From a virus, in the IMG/VR virus record IMGVR_UViG_3300013111_000325, positions 1 to 64,000 of that record: 64,000 bases of DNA, one strand, 5' to 3'. The translations under genes were made by a program, and so were the position numbers. The notes beneath the pieces were generated by a model that was given only the letters and a program-made list of their open reading frames with translations, was not told the origin of the DNA and ran no database searches. This document shows positions 9,872 through 19,234 of this stretch, piece after piece. The stretch's first letter is position 1; every line of letters starts with the position of its first letter.

Positions 9872-10426
9872 ATGGCTAAAACAAGACACTACGTAAACAA
9901 TGCAGATTTTTTAGAAGCCCTTATTAAATATAAAGCGGACATTGAAATTGCAGAAAAAAATGAAGAAGAGAAGCCTCTACTACCTGATTATATTGGAGAG
10001 TGTTTTCTATTAATAGCACAACGATTATCTTACAGACCAAACTTCATCAACTATGTATTTAAGGATGATATGATATCCGATGGCATAGAAAATTGTTTAC
10101 AGTATGTGCATAATTTTAATCCTGAAAAGTCACAAAATCCTTTTGCATATTTTACACAGATAATTTATTATGCCTTTATTCGTAGAATTCAAAAAGAGAA
10201 AAAACATTTGTATGTGAAGTATAAAGAGATGGAGCGAATGCACTATCTTGAAGATAATGTTGAACATGGACAATATGATACCTCAGGAGAACTCATGACA
10301 GAGGTTGCATCTAATGACATGAGAATAATGATAGGTGATTTTATTGCTGAATTTGAACAGAAAAAAGCGGCCAAAAGAAAACCTAGAAAAAATGTTGCAG
10401 AATATGCAGGAATATACTCTATATAG
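9872..10426 (+). CDS. gp55: Late-transcription sigma factor gp55
   Basis: HYVNNADFL, DMISDGIENC and NPFAYFTQIIYYAFIRRIQKEKK motifs. Confidence 0.97.
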   Translation: MAKTRHYVNNADFLEALIKYKADIEIAEKNEEEKPLLPDYIGECFLLIAQRLSYRPNFINYVFKDDMISDGIENCLQYVHNFNPEKSQNPFAYFTQIIYYAFIRRIQKEKKHLYVKYKEMERMHYLEDNVEHGQYDTSGELMTEVASNDMRIMIGDFIAEFEQKKAAKRKPRKNVAEYAGIYSI

Positions 10427-10454
10427 AACTTCTCTTGTGAGAGTATTAGGAGAA

Positions 10455-10901
10455 ATGAAAATAGCACACATTTATATAGGTGAAGGTCTTCCTAAAAAAG
10501 AAGTTCAATCTGCTACTTTAACAACTACGGGTTTTGTTGGAGATAAGCAACGATGGAAAAGACATGGGCCTCCTTTGCGAGATATTGTAATATGGAGTTT
10601 AACTCGTATTGAAGAATTAATGAATGAGGGACATCCTATTTTTCCTGGCGCATGTGGGGAAAATTTAGTTATTGAAGGAAAGGAATATTTTAAATTGAAA
10701 AAGGATGATATTTTAACCATAGGAGATTCTATATTAAAACTAACTTTTCCTGCCGATCCTTGTAATCAAATTAAAGAATTTTTTACTTCTAATATGAATC
10801 TGGTGCATGATAAAATACCTAGATGGTGTTGTGATGTACTTTATGCAGATGAAAAAGAGATGTGTGTAAATGATCAAATAACACTACTTCATAAAAAATG
10901 A
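10455..10901 (+). CDS. MOSC-domain (YiiM-like) protein
   Basis: AGGAG RBS before ATG 10455; GLPK, GFVGD, PGACGENL and PADPC motifs. Confidence 0.75.
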   Translation: MKIAHIYIGEGLPKKEVQSATLTTTGFVGDKQRWKRHGPPLRDIVIWSLTRIEELMNEGHPIFPGACGENLVIEGKEYFKLKKDDILTIGDSILKLTFPADPCNQIKEFFTSNMNLVHDKIPRWCCDVLYADEKEMCVNDQITLLHKK

Positions 10902-10908
10902 AAATAAT

Positions 10909-11988
10909 ATGAAAATAGCATTAATTACGGATACCCACTGGGGTGCTAGGAATGACAATAAAATATTTGCTGATTATTTTTCTAGATTTTATGACAATAT
11001 ATTTTTTCCTTATATCGATGACCATAATATTAAAACATGCATACATTTAGGTGATGTCGTTGATAGAAGAAAATACATTAACTTTAAGACCGCAAATGAT
11101 TTGAGAGAAAATTTTGTAGAACGATTATGGGAGATGAATGTTGACACACATATGATTGTCGGCAATCATGATATCTACTACAAGAATACAAATCAGGTCA
11201 ATTCTCTTCATGAACTTTTTAGCACCGCAGATCATATTCTTGAACCTTGGATCTATGCAAGCCCACGAGAATTTGATTTTGATGGTACTAAAATTCTCAT
11301 GATGCCGTGGATTAATTCAGATAATTATACAGAATGCATGGAAGCAATCAATAATTCTTCTGCACAAATTATGATGGGACATCTTGAAATCAATGGTTTT
11401 GAGATGCATCAACATGGTCAAATATGTGATGCAGGTTTTAGTGCAGACATGTTTTCTAAATTTGATTTAGTTTACAGTGGGCATTTTCATCACAAATCTA
11501 CACAAGGTGGTATCACATATCTTGGTAATCCTTATGAAATAACTTGGTCTGATTTTGGAGATGCAAGAGGTTTTCATGTGTTTGATACGAATACACGAGA
11601 ACTGGAATTTATACAAAATCCGTATCACATGTTTTATAAGATTTATTACGATGATAACAAAGAAACATTTGAGACTATTAAAGAAAGAGATTACGGTATT
11701 TACACAGGAACAATTGTTAAGGTTATTGTTACTGAAAAGAACAATCCGTATTGGTTTGACACAATGCTTGATGAGTTATACAAAGCGGATGTCGCAGATG
11801 TTTCTGTGGTTGAGAATGTTGATCTTGAATTTGAAAATGATGAATCTGTAGTTGATGAAGCCGAAGATACTTTGACTATTTTGAGTAATTACATTGATGG
11901 TTTGAATATTCAAAAGAATAAAAAAGAACTTGACAATCTTATAAGAACACTTTACAATGAGGCATTGGACTATGAAATCACAGCCTGA
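10909..11988 (+). CDS. gp47: Recombination nuclease gp47 (Mre11-like)
   Basis: DTHWG, HLGDVVDRRK, GNHD and SGHFH metallophosphoesterase motifs. Confidence 0.96.
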   Translation: MKIALITDTHWGARNDNKIFADYFSRFYDNIFFPYIDDHNIKTCIHLGDVVDRRKYINFKTANDLRENFVERLWEMNVDTHMIVGNHDIYYKNTNQVNSLHELFSTADHILEPWIYASPREFDFDGTKILMMPWINSDNYTECMEAINNSSAQIMMGHLEINGFEMHQHGQICDAGFSADMFSKFDLVYSGHFHHKSTQGGITYLGNPYEITWSDFGDARGFHVFDTNTRELEFIQNPYHMFYKIYYDDNKETFETIKERDYGIYTGTIVKVIVTEKNNPYWFDTMLDELYKADVADVSVVENVDLEFENDESVVDEAEDTLTILSNYIDGLNIQKNKKELDNLIRTLYNEALDYEITA

Positions 11989-12178
11989 AGAAGAAATGGA
12001 AACTATTACTTTGGATATATCCGATGATGTATTTATGAAACTCGCCATGCAAGCACATGAGAGAGATGTGACACTCAATACGCATATTATTGATGTGTTA
12101 AAAGATAAATTGAAAGATTTGGATTATCAATTTGAGAATGGAACAAAACCTCAACTCCTTACTGAAAAACAAACTTGA
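11972..12178 (+). CDS. Hypothetical small protein (ribbon-helix-helix-like)
   Basis: ITLDISDDVFMKLAMQAHERDVTLN pattern; a TTGACA-17-TACAAT promoter at 11930-11958 precedes it. Confidence 0.55.
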   Translation: MKSQPEEEMETITLDISDDVFMKLAMQAHERDVTLNTHIIDVLKDKLKDLDYQFENGTKPQLLTEKQT

Positions 12179-12326
12179 TGAATTAGAGGTTCTTGAAAAA
12201 GAACTGCATGATTGCAAATCAGTAGTTAAAGGTAAAATGCATATGCGAGATATCGTAAGTGGATATGTATATTCTAAAAAATCAGAAATTATTGAGATAT
12301 TGAAATCTAATTATGATAAACTTTAA
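12132..12326 (+). CDS. Hypothetical protein
   Basis: ORF fills the gap before gp46. Confidence 0.45.
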   Translation: MRMEQNLNSLLKNKLDELEVLEKELHDCKSVVKGKMHMRDIVSGYVYSKKSEIIEILKSNYDKL

Positions 12327-12332
12327 TAAGAT

Positions 12333-14045
12333 ATGATTTTATTTTCGCAGGTGAGATGGAAAAATCTGCTATCAACAGGTCAGGTTTTTACAGAGGTTGA
12401 TCTAAAAAGAAATCCAACAACTCTGATTGTTGGTGAAAATGGTTCTGGAAAATCTACGATACTTGATGCACTCACATTCAGTCTGTTCGGTAAAGCATTT
12501 CGTAACATAAAAAAACCACAACTCATCAATTCAATTAATGAACAGAATTGTATTACTGAAGTAGAATTTTCTATAGGTAAAAAACATTTTCTTGTTCGTA
12601 GAGGTATCAGGCCAAATATTTTTGAGATTGAAGTTGATGGTGTCATGATAAATCAAGATTCTAAAGCCAGAGACTATCAAGAGCATCTTGAAAAAAATAT
12701 TCTCAAACTCAATTACAAATCTTTTACACAAATCGTAATACTTGGTAGTTCATCTTTTGTTCCTTTTATGCAATTGAGGACAAATGACCGCCGAGTAATT
12801 ATTGAAGACTTACTTGATATTGAGGTGTTTTCTACAATGAATTTACTTCTCAAAAATAGAGTATCAGAACTGAAGCAAGATATAAATCTCAATGAACTTG
12901 AAAGATCTAAAACTGAAAATGCGATAGAGTTACAAGAAGATTATATCTCAAAGATGAAGCAGAACAACATACAATTAATTTCTGCTAATCAAGAAAAAAT
13001 AGATAAGTCAAATAAAGATATTGCAACATATAATTTACAGATTGCAGATATCGAAACACGGATAGAAGCATTGTATAAACTGGTCGAAGATTTCGACCAG
13101 CAACAAAATAAGCAGAGAACGTTAGAAAAATATGAAGATGATATAAACAAAAACCTCAAAAAGGTAGAAAAAGAAATAGAATTCTATCGTCAAAATACAG
13201 ATTGTCCAGTATGTAAACAGACAATTGATGAGGATCATAGAGAATGTGAAATAAAAGAAAAGCGAAAAAAGAAAACAGAACTTGATGATGCGGTTACAAA
13301 AATTGATGAAGAATTACAATTATCAATTAAGTTAATTCAGGAGATGACCGAAACACAAAAATCGATTACAGATTTTCAGAGTGAGATTACAAAACATAAT
13401 GCATCTATTTCCGCAATCAATCAGTACATACAAAAGGTCAATGAAGAGATACAGTCATTAAATGAGAAAGGTGCAGATGTCACAGATGCATCAAAGAAAC
13501 TCAAAAAATTAAAGACTGATCAAAAAAATCTCTTGTCATTGAAAGAGCAATATAGTAATATGTCTTCAATATATGACGTTGCGAGTGTGCTTCTCAAAGA
13601 CGGTGGCATCAAAACAACCATCATAAAAAAATACTTGCCGATTATGAATAAATTAATTAACAAGTATTTGGCATCTATGGATTTTTATGTATCGTTTAAT
13701 CTCGATGAGAACTTTAACGAGACAATTAAATCTAGATTTCGTGATGAATTCACCTATGCATCATTTAGTGAAGGTGAAAAAATGAGAATCGACTTGGCCT
13801 TGCTTTTCACTTGGAGAGCAATTGCCAAGTTGAAAAATAGTATGAGTACGAATCTACTCGTTCTTGATGAAGTGTTTGATAGTTCATTGGATGAAGATGG
13901 TACAAGTGACTTTCTCAAAATACTTCATTCGCTTGGTAATGAATCGAATGTTTTTATAATTAGTCACAAGGGTGAAGTCTTGTACGACAAATTTAAAAGC
14001 ATGATTAAATTTGAAAAACATAAAAACTTTAGCAGGATAGTATGA
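12333..14045 (+). CDS. gp46: Recombination ATPase gp46 (Rad50-like)
   Basis: GENGSGKS Walker A; CPVC zinc hook; FSEGEKMRIDL signature; LVLDEVFDSSLD. Confidence 0.97.
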   Translation: MILFSQVRWKNLLSTGQVFTEVDLKRNPTTLIVGENGSGKSTILDALTFSLFGKAFRNIKKPQLINSINEQNCITEVEFSIGKKHFLVRRGIRPNIFEIEVDGVMINQDSKARDYQEHLEKNILKLNYKSFTQIVILGSSSFVPFMQLRTNDRRVIIEDLLDIEVFSTMNLLLKNRVSELKQDINLNELERSKTENAIELQEDYISKMKQNNIQLISANQEKIDKSNKDIATYNLQIADIETRIEALYKLVEDFDQQQNKQRTLEKYEDDINKNLKKVEKEIEFYRQNTDCPVCKQTIDEDHRECEIKEKRKKKTELDDAVTKIDEELQLSIKLIQEMTETQKSITDFQSEITKHNASISAINQYIQKVNEEIQSLNEKGADVTDASKKLKKLKTDQKNLLSLKEQYSNMSSIYDVASVLLKDGGIKTTIIKKYLPIMNKLINKYLASMDFYVSFNLDENFNETIKSRFRDEFTYASFSEGEKMRIDLALLFTWRAIAKLKNSMSTNLLVLDEVFDSSLDEDGTSDFLKILHSLGNESNVFIISHKGEVLYDKFKSMIKFEKHKNFSRIV

Positions 14046-14575
14046 CTGAAAATAAAGTAGAAGTTCATCCTCTTGTAACAGAAGATCACGAACTAATCAC
14101 AACTAAACTTGATGAGTTTAATTTTGATAGAGATGATGCAGAAAAACTTGAAGACACATTAATCAACTGCATGGATTTTTATCGTGGTCTTGGACTGTCA
14201 GCAAATCAATTAGGAATAAATGCAAGAGTATTTGCTATGGTGCATGAAGAACAACCAATGGTGATGTTTAATCCAAAAGTTGTGTCGGCAACAGAAGAAA
14301 AATATCTCATGAAAGAAGGATGTCTCACATGGTTCGGTCTTTTTCCAAAAGTATTAAGACCTCAAGGAGTAACAATAAACTGGAAAGATAAAGAAGGTCA
14401 AGAATTTTCAGGTAGTTTCATTGATTTATCCGCTAGAATTATACTTCATGAATATGATCACCTAAATGGTTATACTTTCTTTGATAGAGCAAAACCAATG
14501 CACATGTCACAGGCCAAAAAACGAAGAAAAATATATATCAGAAAGGCTAAACGACAAGCGAAAGAAATAGTATAA
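14042..14575 (+). CDS. def: Peptide deformylase
   Basis: GLGLSANQLG, EGCL and HEYDHLNG motifs. Confidence 0.93.
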   Translation: MTENKVEVHPLVTEDHELITTKLDEFNFDRDDAEKLEDTLINCMDFYRGLGLSANQLGINARVFAMVHEEQPMVMFNPKVVSATEEKYLMKEGCLTWFGLFPKVLRPQGVTINWKDKEGQEFSGSFIDLSARIILHEYDHLNGYTFFDRAKPMHMSQAKKRRKIYIRKAKRQAKEIV

Positions 14576-14595
14576 TTATAATTAAGGGAGTCAAA

Positions 14596-14835
14596 ATGAA
14601 AAATAATAGACTTTGTTATGATATATCCGTGCAAGAATGTATTGAAAAATGTCCTCAAGAACTAGTCCATTGTAGTGTAAGATTATTACGTAAAACTGTA
14701 ATAGGTATGGGTAATGAACCTTTAGCAGATTTAATTGAATGTGCTTTAGATGAACATTGGAGAGAAGCATTTCAGACAGGACTTGATTATAATTCCAAAT
14801 CTTATGAGAACTTTTTAGATAAAAGGTTAGTATGA
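14596..14835 (+). CDS. Hypothetical protein
   Basis: GGGAG RBS; tight packing with neighbours. Confidence 0.55.
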   Translation: MKNNRLCYDISVQECIEKCPQELVHCSVRLLRKTVIGMGNEPLADLIECALDEHWREAFQTGLDYNSKSYENFLDKRLV

Positions 14836-15023
14836 AACATAAAGAAGATTATGTTTCTTTTGGTCCTAATTATGTCACTAGTCAAGTACGGCACATGAAA
14901 CAAAAGATGCTTAAAATTATGAATCGTGTTCTTGAATCACAAAGAAAATATCATGACAGTACAATTTGTAATAATTGTTTAAATCATATACGTTATGAAT
15001 GTGAAAGGCTGAGTAATTCATAA
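14832..15023 (+). CDS. Hypothetical protein
   Basis: Overlapping start/stop with neighbours. Confidence 0.5.
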   Translation: MKHKEDYVSFGPNYVTSQVRHMKQKMLKIMNRVLESQRKYHDSTICNNCLNHIRYECERLSNS

Positions 15024-15172
15024 TGATGAATTGGACTAAGGTTCACCTAGAAACTATGAATGTTTTGCAATTGAAAGAATTGAAAAGATATGTTGATGAA
15101 ATCCTTAAACGAAAAATTGAACAATCCAAACGGCTCCCAGATGAAGACTTGGCAGAAAGGCATAGACCTTGA
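15023..15172 (+). CDS. Small hypothetical protein (49 aa, not in the ORF track)
   Basis: TAATG coupling to the upstream gene; MMNWTKVHLETMNVLQLKELKRYVDEILKRK... Confidence 0.45.
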   Translation: MMNWTKVHLETMNVLQLKELKRYVDEILKRKIEQSKRLPDEDLAERHRP

Positions 15173-16280
15173 TACTCTTTTAGCACACACCAAAAGATTT
15201 GAGAACTACAATAAGTATAGTTGCTCACCTTTTTCAGAAATGAAAAAGAATGATATTGCCGAACATCTGAGCAATGGTACGGTAGTCAATCTTAAAGGTT
15301 CTACATTCACTATTCAGGAATGTAAAGTTCGTTCTCCTATTTACATGTATCAAAAAATACCGATAGGGTATCGTGAACCTGGTGACCTTAAAATTGACAG
15401 ATTTGCTTTTACAGATTATTCACATGAAAGTCAGCAAGAGTTTTACGATTATATTATACGCAATCATAGAACTGATGTTTGGATATGTTCCTGGGCCGAA
15501 GATACTGCAACAAATGATATTTTTGATACGCAATTAGGTTTGCAGAAAGTTGGCACAAAGGTTACTACATTTGGTGAGTTAATTGTGTATTGGTTTTTAC
15601 CATACTCAAAAGATATGTTTGGTGAAAGCAGAAAACATCCAAAAGTGCCTGACACAGAATACCATAATCTTGTAAAATTAAAATTGCCTACTGATATCTC
15701 ACATCTTATATCTGCAATACAAGAGAAAATTTCTAAACTTCCTGTATTTACTAACCATTATTCAAACTATAATAAACGCAAATCTTGGTCAGCAGTATCT
15801 TTAAGAGGGCACAGTCCGAAACCAGAGTTTATTACAGACCCAGCAGAAATGAGTAAGAAATGGAAAGAGGAAAATAAAGATGTGTTATTTGAAATGCAAG
15901 ATACATATCTATATGATGACTTTCCTGAAGTGAGAGAATTGGTGAAGATGCTCAAAGCAGAAGAGATACATCGTGTGCGATTTATGAAATTAAATGCTGG
16001 AGATGGTGAATTAGACCGACATACTGATTTGGTTGATCCGAAAGGTGGATTGGCAGATGGTAAGTTAATGCGAATACATTTTCCTATCATCACAAGTGAC
16101 AAAGTTTTGTTTGAGTCCTGGGACTTGACGGGGCATATACACTGTGCTAATATGAGGGTTAATGAAGCATGGATGTTGGACACTAGAAAACCTCATCGTG
16201 CAGTAAATGAAGGAACAGAAGATAGAATACATTTAGTAATTGACATTGTTTCAAATGAACGATCTAGAACATTATTATGA
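15141..16280 (+). CDS. Two-domain protein: unknown (GNAT-like?) N-terminus plus 2OG-Fe(II) oxygenase of the Asp/Asn beta-hydroxylase-like family
   Basis: RVRFMKL, HTD (HxD), RIHFPI, KPHRAVN and RIHLVID motifs; probable start MKTWQKG at 15141. Confidence 0.75.
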   Translation: MKTWQKGIDLDTLLAHTKRFENYNKYSCSPFSEMKKNDIAEHLSNGTVVNLKGSTFTIQECKVRSPIYMYQKIPIGYREPGDLKIDRFAFTDYSHESQQEFYDYIIRNHRTDVWICSWAEDTATNDIFDTQLGLQKVGTKVTTFGELIVYWFLPYSKDMFGESRKHPKVPDTEYHNLVKLKLPTDISHLISAIQEKISKLPVFTNHYSNYNKRKSWSAVSLRGHSPKPEFITDPAEMSKKWKEENKDVLFEMQDTYLYDDFPEVRELVKMLKAEEIHRVRFMKLNAGDGELDRHTDLVDPKGGLADGKLMRIHFPIITSDKVLFESWDLTGHIHCANMRVNEAWMLDTRKPHRAVNEGTEDRIHLVIDIVSNERSRTLL

Positions 16281-16888
16281 ACATATTTTTTCTTGACAAA
16301 GATCCTGTATTTGCGGCACGTTATCATTGTGATAAACATGTGCCCAAGATGATTGTTGAGTATGCTCAACTTATGAGTACCGCTCACCGATTAATTGATG
16401 GTGAACCATATGAAGCAAAAAACAAGCGAGGTCACAAACTGACTAGATGGAGATTATCAGATGACCGAGAACATAAATTATATTTTGCCTCCCATTTTAA
16501 GCATCCTTCTAATATTTGGGTTCGGTCTAGCACTCAACATTATGATTGGTTGTATGAGTTATTTAATGCTTTGTGTGCTGAATTCACGTTGCGATATGGA
16601 AAGTTTCATAAGACAGACCTTGACTTACGTGAATATATTAAAAGAAGACCTGACAATCTTCAAGACAATGGATGGTCAGATCCACCACTCGCAATGCCAG
16701 AACAGTACAAATTAAACAAAGCAATTCCTTCTTATCGTAATTTCTATGCTACTGAAAAACGTAGATTTGCGACATGGAAAACGGAAAAACCTCACTGGTA
16801 TGATTGGTGGTGTATGATGAATGACACTTTTAATTCTAAATCAATAGAGGAACATGTACACGTTAAAGGTGAAGGATGGATTGATTAA
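16277..16888 (+). CDS. Pyrimidine-dimer DNA glycosylase (DenV)-related protein
   Basis: MNIFFLD...HCDKHVPKMIVEYAQLMSTAH and HPSNIWVR motifs. Confidence 0.75.
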   Translation: MNIFFLDKDPVFAARYHCDKHVPKMIVEYAQLMSTAHRLIDGEPYEAKNKRGHKLTRWRLSDDREHKLYFASHFKHPSNIWVRSSTQHYDWLYELFNALCAEFTLRYGKFHKTDLDLREYIKRRPDNLQDNGWSDPPLAMPEQYKLNKAIPSYRNFYATEKRRFATWKTEKPHWYDWWCMMNDTFNSKSIEEHVHVKGEGWID

Positions 16889-17916
16889 TGAAAAACCATT
16901 TTGTTATTGTCGCTGGCTATCTTGATACTGATGAAAAAACCAAGATGGCCGTTGACTTTATTGAGAAGTTACGAAAAGTAGAAAATATATCAATTTGTTA
17001 TTCTACTCACCACTCCAATATTCCTCAAAAATTAATAGAACTTACAGATTTTATTGTTTACAATAAGTATAACCCAATTCTTAACTGGGACATATGTTCT
17101 GAATATACCGAGAGATTTGGTTGTTCAATACAAGAGCATCCTGCTCTTGACAAAGAAGATATATTTTTTCCTCAACCATATCATGGCTACGCACATTTAA
17201 TTTCTCTATGTGACGCCGTAGCAATAGGAACAAATACAGGTTATAAAACTTTTTCTTTTATGAATTTTGATGTTGTAGATTATTGTATTGATCAATTACC
17301 ACTGCATATTAAAGAGATAAAAAAGAATAAGGTTGATGCTATTTTTTATCCGTATCTAATACAAAATATTAAAGCAACTGTAGGTAGCACAGAATTTTTT
17401 ACTTTTAGTCTAAAATTTGCTCAAGAAATTTATAAGTATAGAGATTTTAGGCATTATCAAACAATTCATGATCCAGTTCTAGAAAGATTTGTAAATCTTG
17501 TATGTAAATCAAAAGGATTAAAATGGATTCTTATTGAAAATAAATTCTCTGAAAATGGCACAATAGGAAAATTAAATTTTGGTAAAGGTGATATGTCAAA
17601 AGTTCCATTTTGGGTCCCATACGAAACTATTTGGGATGGTGATAAAAGATTTGAGATATGTATCATACCATTTAAGACAAAAAATAAATATCAACTTGTA
17701 TTTGGTATAAATTCTATGTTTTCGGAATATGATGAAGACATAAAAGAGATTAGAATATTTGCAGATGATAAACAATTAAAAAATGATTGGGAATTACACA
17801 CAATACAAAAACCTTGTAGATTAAAAATCTCTTATAAAAATAAAATTACAAGAGATTTTGTTCTCAATGACGAAAGACACTTTGGCAAAGTTAGAATGAA
17901 AGTGAGAAAACCATGA
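16888..17916 (+). CDS. Hypothetical protein, possibly glycosyltransferase-related
   Basis: Long AT-rich ORF; only weak GT-A-like features. Confidence 0.45.
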   Translation: MKNHFVIVAGYLDTDEKTKMAVDFIEKLRKVENISICYSTHHSNIPQKLIELTDFIVYNKYNPILNWDICSEYTERFGCSIQEHPALDKEDIFFPQPYHGYAHLISLCDAVAIGTNTGYKTFSFMNFDVVDYCIDQLPLHIKEIKKNKVDAIFYPYLIQNIKATVGSTEFFTFSLKFAQEIYKYRDFRHYQTIHDPVLERFVNLVCKSKGLKWILIENKFSENGTIGKLNFGKGDMSKVPFWVPYETIWDGDKRFEICIIPFKTKNKYQLVFGINSMFSEYDEDIKEIRIFADDKQLKNDWELHTIQKPCRLKISYKNKITRDFVLNDERHFGKVRMKVRKP

Positions 17917-18701
17917 CTACATTATGGAAAGAAACAGAAGAAGAATACCTTGAACTTGTAAAAGATTGGACAGACCCATATCCTACTCCACAACTTATTG
18001 AGTATGATGGCGTTCTTGTAGTAAGAGATGATTTGCTCAATGCAGGTTCAAAAGTTCGTTTCGTAGATTATCTTATTGGTTCAAATAAAAACGTAAATGA
18101 ATGGGTATTTGGTTCATGTCCTGCTACAGGATATGCACAAATAAGTTTACCTATTGCATGTAAACGTCATAACAAAAAAGCAGTATTGTTTATGGCAAAA
18201 CGTAATAAAAAAAATTTTACTGAGTATCAAAAACGTGGCATAGAATTAGGTGTTGATTATCATTGGGTAGAAAATGGTATGTTGACAGTCACACAAAAAC
18301 GTGCAAAAGACTATGCCGCCAAATCATCTGATAGGATGGTTTTGCCTTTAGGACTTGAACATCCGACAGTTCTTGGGTCAATAATCAAAGTTGCTAGAAG
18401 CCTACCAGTTACACCAAATGAAGTATGGACTGTAGGTTCAAGCGGAACATTAAATAGAGGCTTGCAACTTGCTTGGCCTGATGCTACAATACATGTTGTA
18501 AGTGTGGGGCACACCATGAATAAACGAGAGATAGGTAGAGCAATTTATCATCGTAGTAAATACAGGTTTGATCAACCTGTAAAAGAGAATGAAATGCCAC
18601 CTTTTCCTTCCGCTCCTACATATGATGCAAAAGCATGGAAGTTTATTCAAGAACTTTCAGATAAAAAAGGTACAACATTACTTTGGAATGTCGGAGCATA
18701 A
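17913..18701 (+). CDS. PLP-dependent enzyme, fold type II (ACC deaminase / D-cysteine desulfhydrase-like)
   Basis: VVRDDLLNAGSKVR (PLP lysine), VGSSGT phosphate loop and PTYDAKAW motifs. Confidence 0.8.
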   Translation: MTTLWKETEEEYLELVKDWTDPYPTPQLIEYDGVLVVRDDLLNAGSKVRFVDYLIGSNKNVNEWVFGSCPATGYAQISLPIACKRHNKKAVLFMAKRNKKNFTEYQKRGIELGVDYHWVENGMLTVTQKRAKDYAAKSSDRMVLPLGLEHPTVLGSIIKVARSLPVTPNEVWTVGSSGTLNRGLQLAWPDATIHVVSVGHTMNKREIGRAIYHRSKYRFDQPVKENEMPPFPSAPTYDAKAWKFIQELSDKKGTTLLWNVGA

Positions 18702-19234
18702 TGGCACACACAGAACAATTAGAATATGTAAAATCTTTAAAATTAGTATTTCCTCATTATTTCAGATATAGAAAAGTTTTAGAAGTTGGTAGTTTAGATA
18801 TTAATGGTACCGTAAAAGTATTTTTTGATAATTGCGATTATACAGGTTTAGATCTAGGTGAAGGTAAAGGTGTCGATCTGATTGAAGAAGGTCAAAATTA
18901 TGATGCACCAGATGAAACTTATGATACAGTTCTTTCCACTGAATGCTTTGAACATAATCCTTACTGGAAAGAAACCTTTTTGAATATGATCAGGTTATGT
19001 AAAAAGAATGGTCTCGTATTTTTCACCTGTGCAACCGATGGTAATCCTGAGCATGGTACAGTAAATAGACTTCCAGGTGATGCCCCATTAGTTATTGAAA
19101 AGGGCTGGAATTATTATAAAAATTTGAATAAACACGATTTCAATATTTTCCCATTAGATGATTTATTCTTGACTTTTAGTTTTTCTAATAATATAATAGC
19201 ACATGATCTTTATTTCTTTGGTATAAAAAAATGA
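18701..19234 (+). CDS. Class I SAM-dependent methyltransferase
   Basis: VLEVGSLDING and YDTVLSTECFEH motifs; TAATG coupling. Confidence 0.85.
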   Translation: MAHTEQLEYVKSLKLVFPHYFRYRKVLEVGSLDINGTVKVFFDNCDYTGLDLGEGKGVDLIEEGQNYDAPDETYDTVLSTECFEHNPYWKETFLNMIRLCKKNGLVFFTCATDGNPEHGTVNRLPGDAPLVIEKGWNYYKNLNKHDFNIFPLDDLFLTFSFSNNIIAHDLYFFGIKK

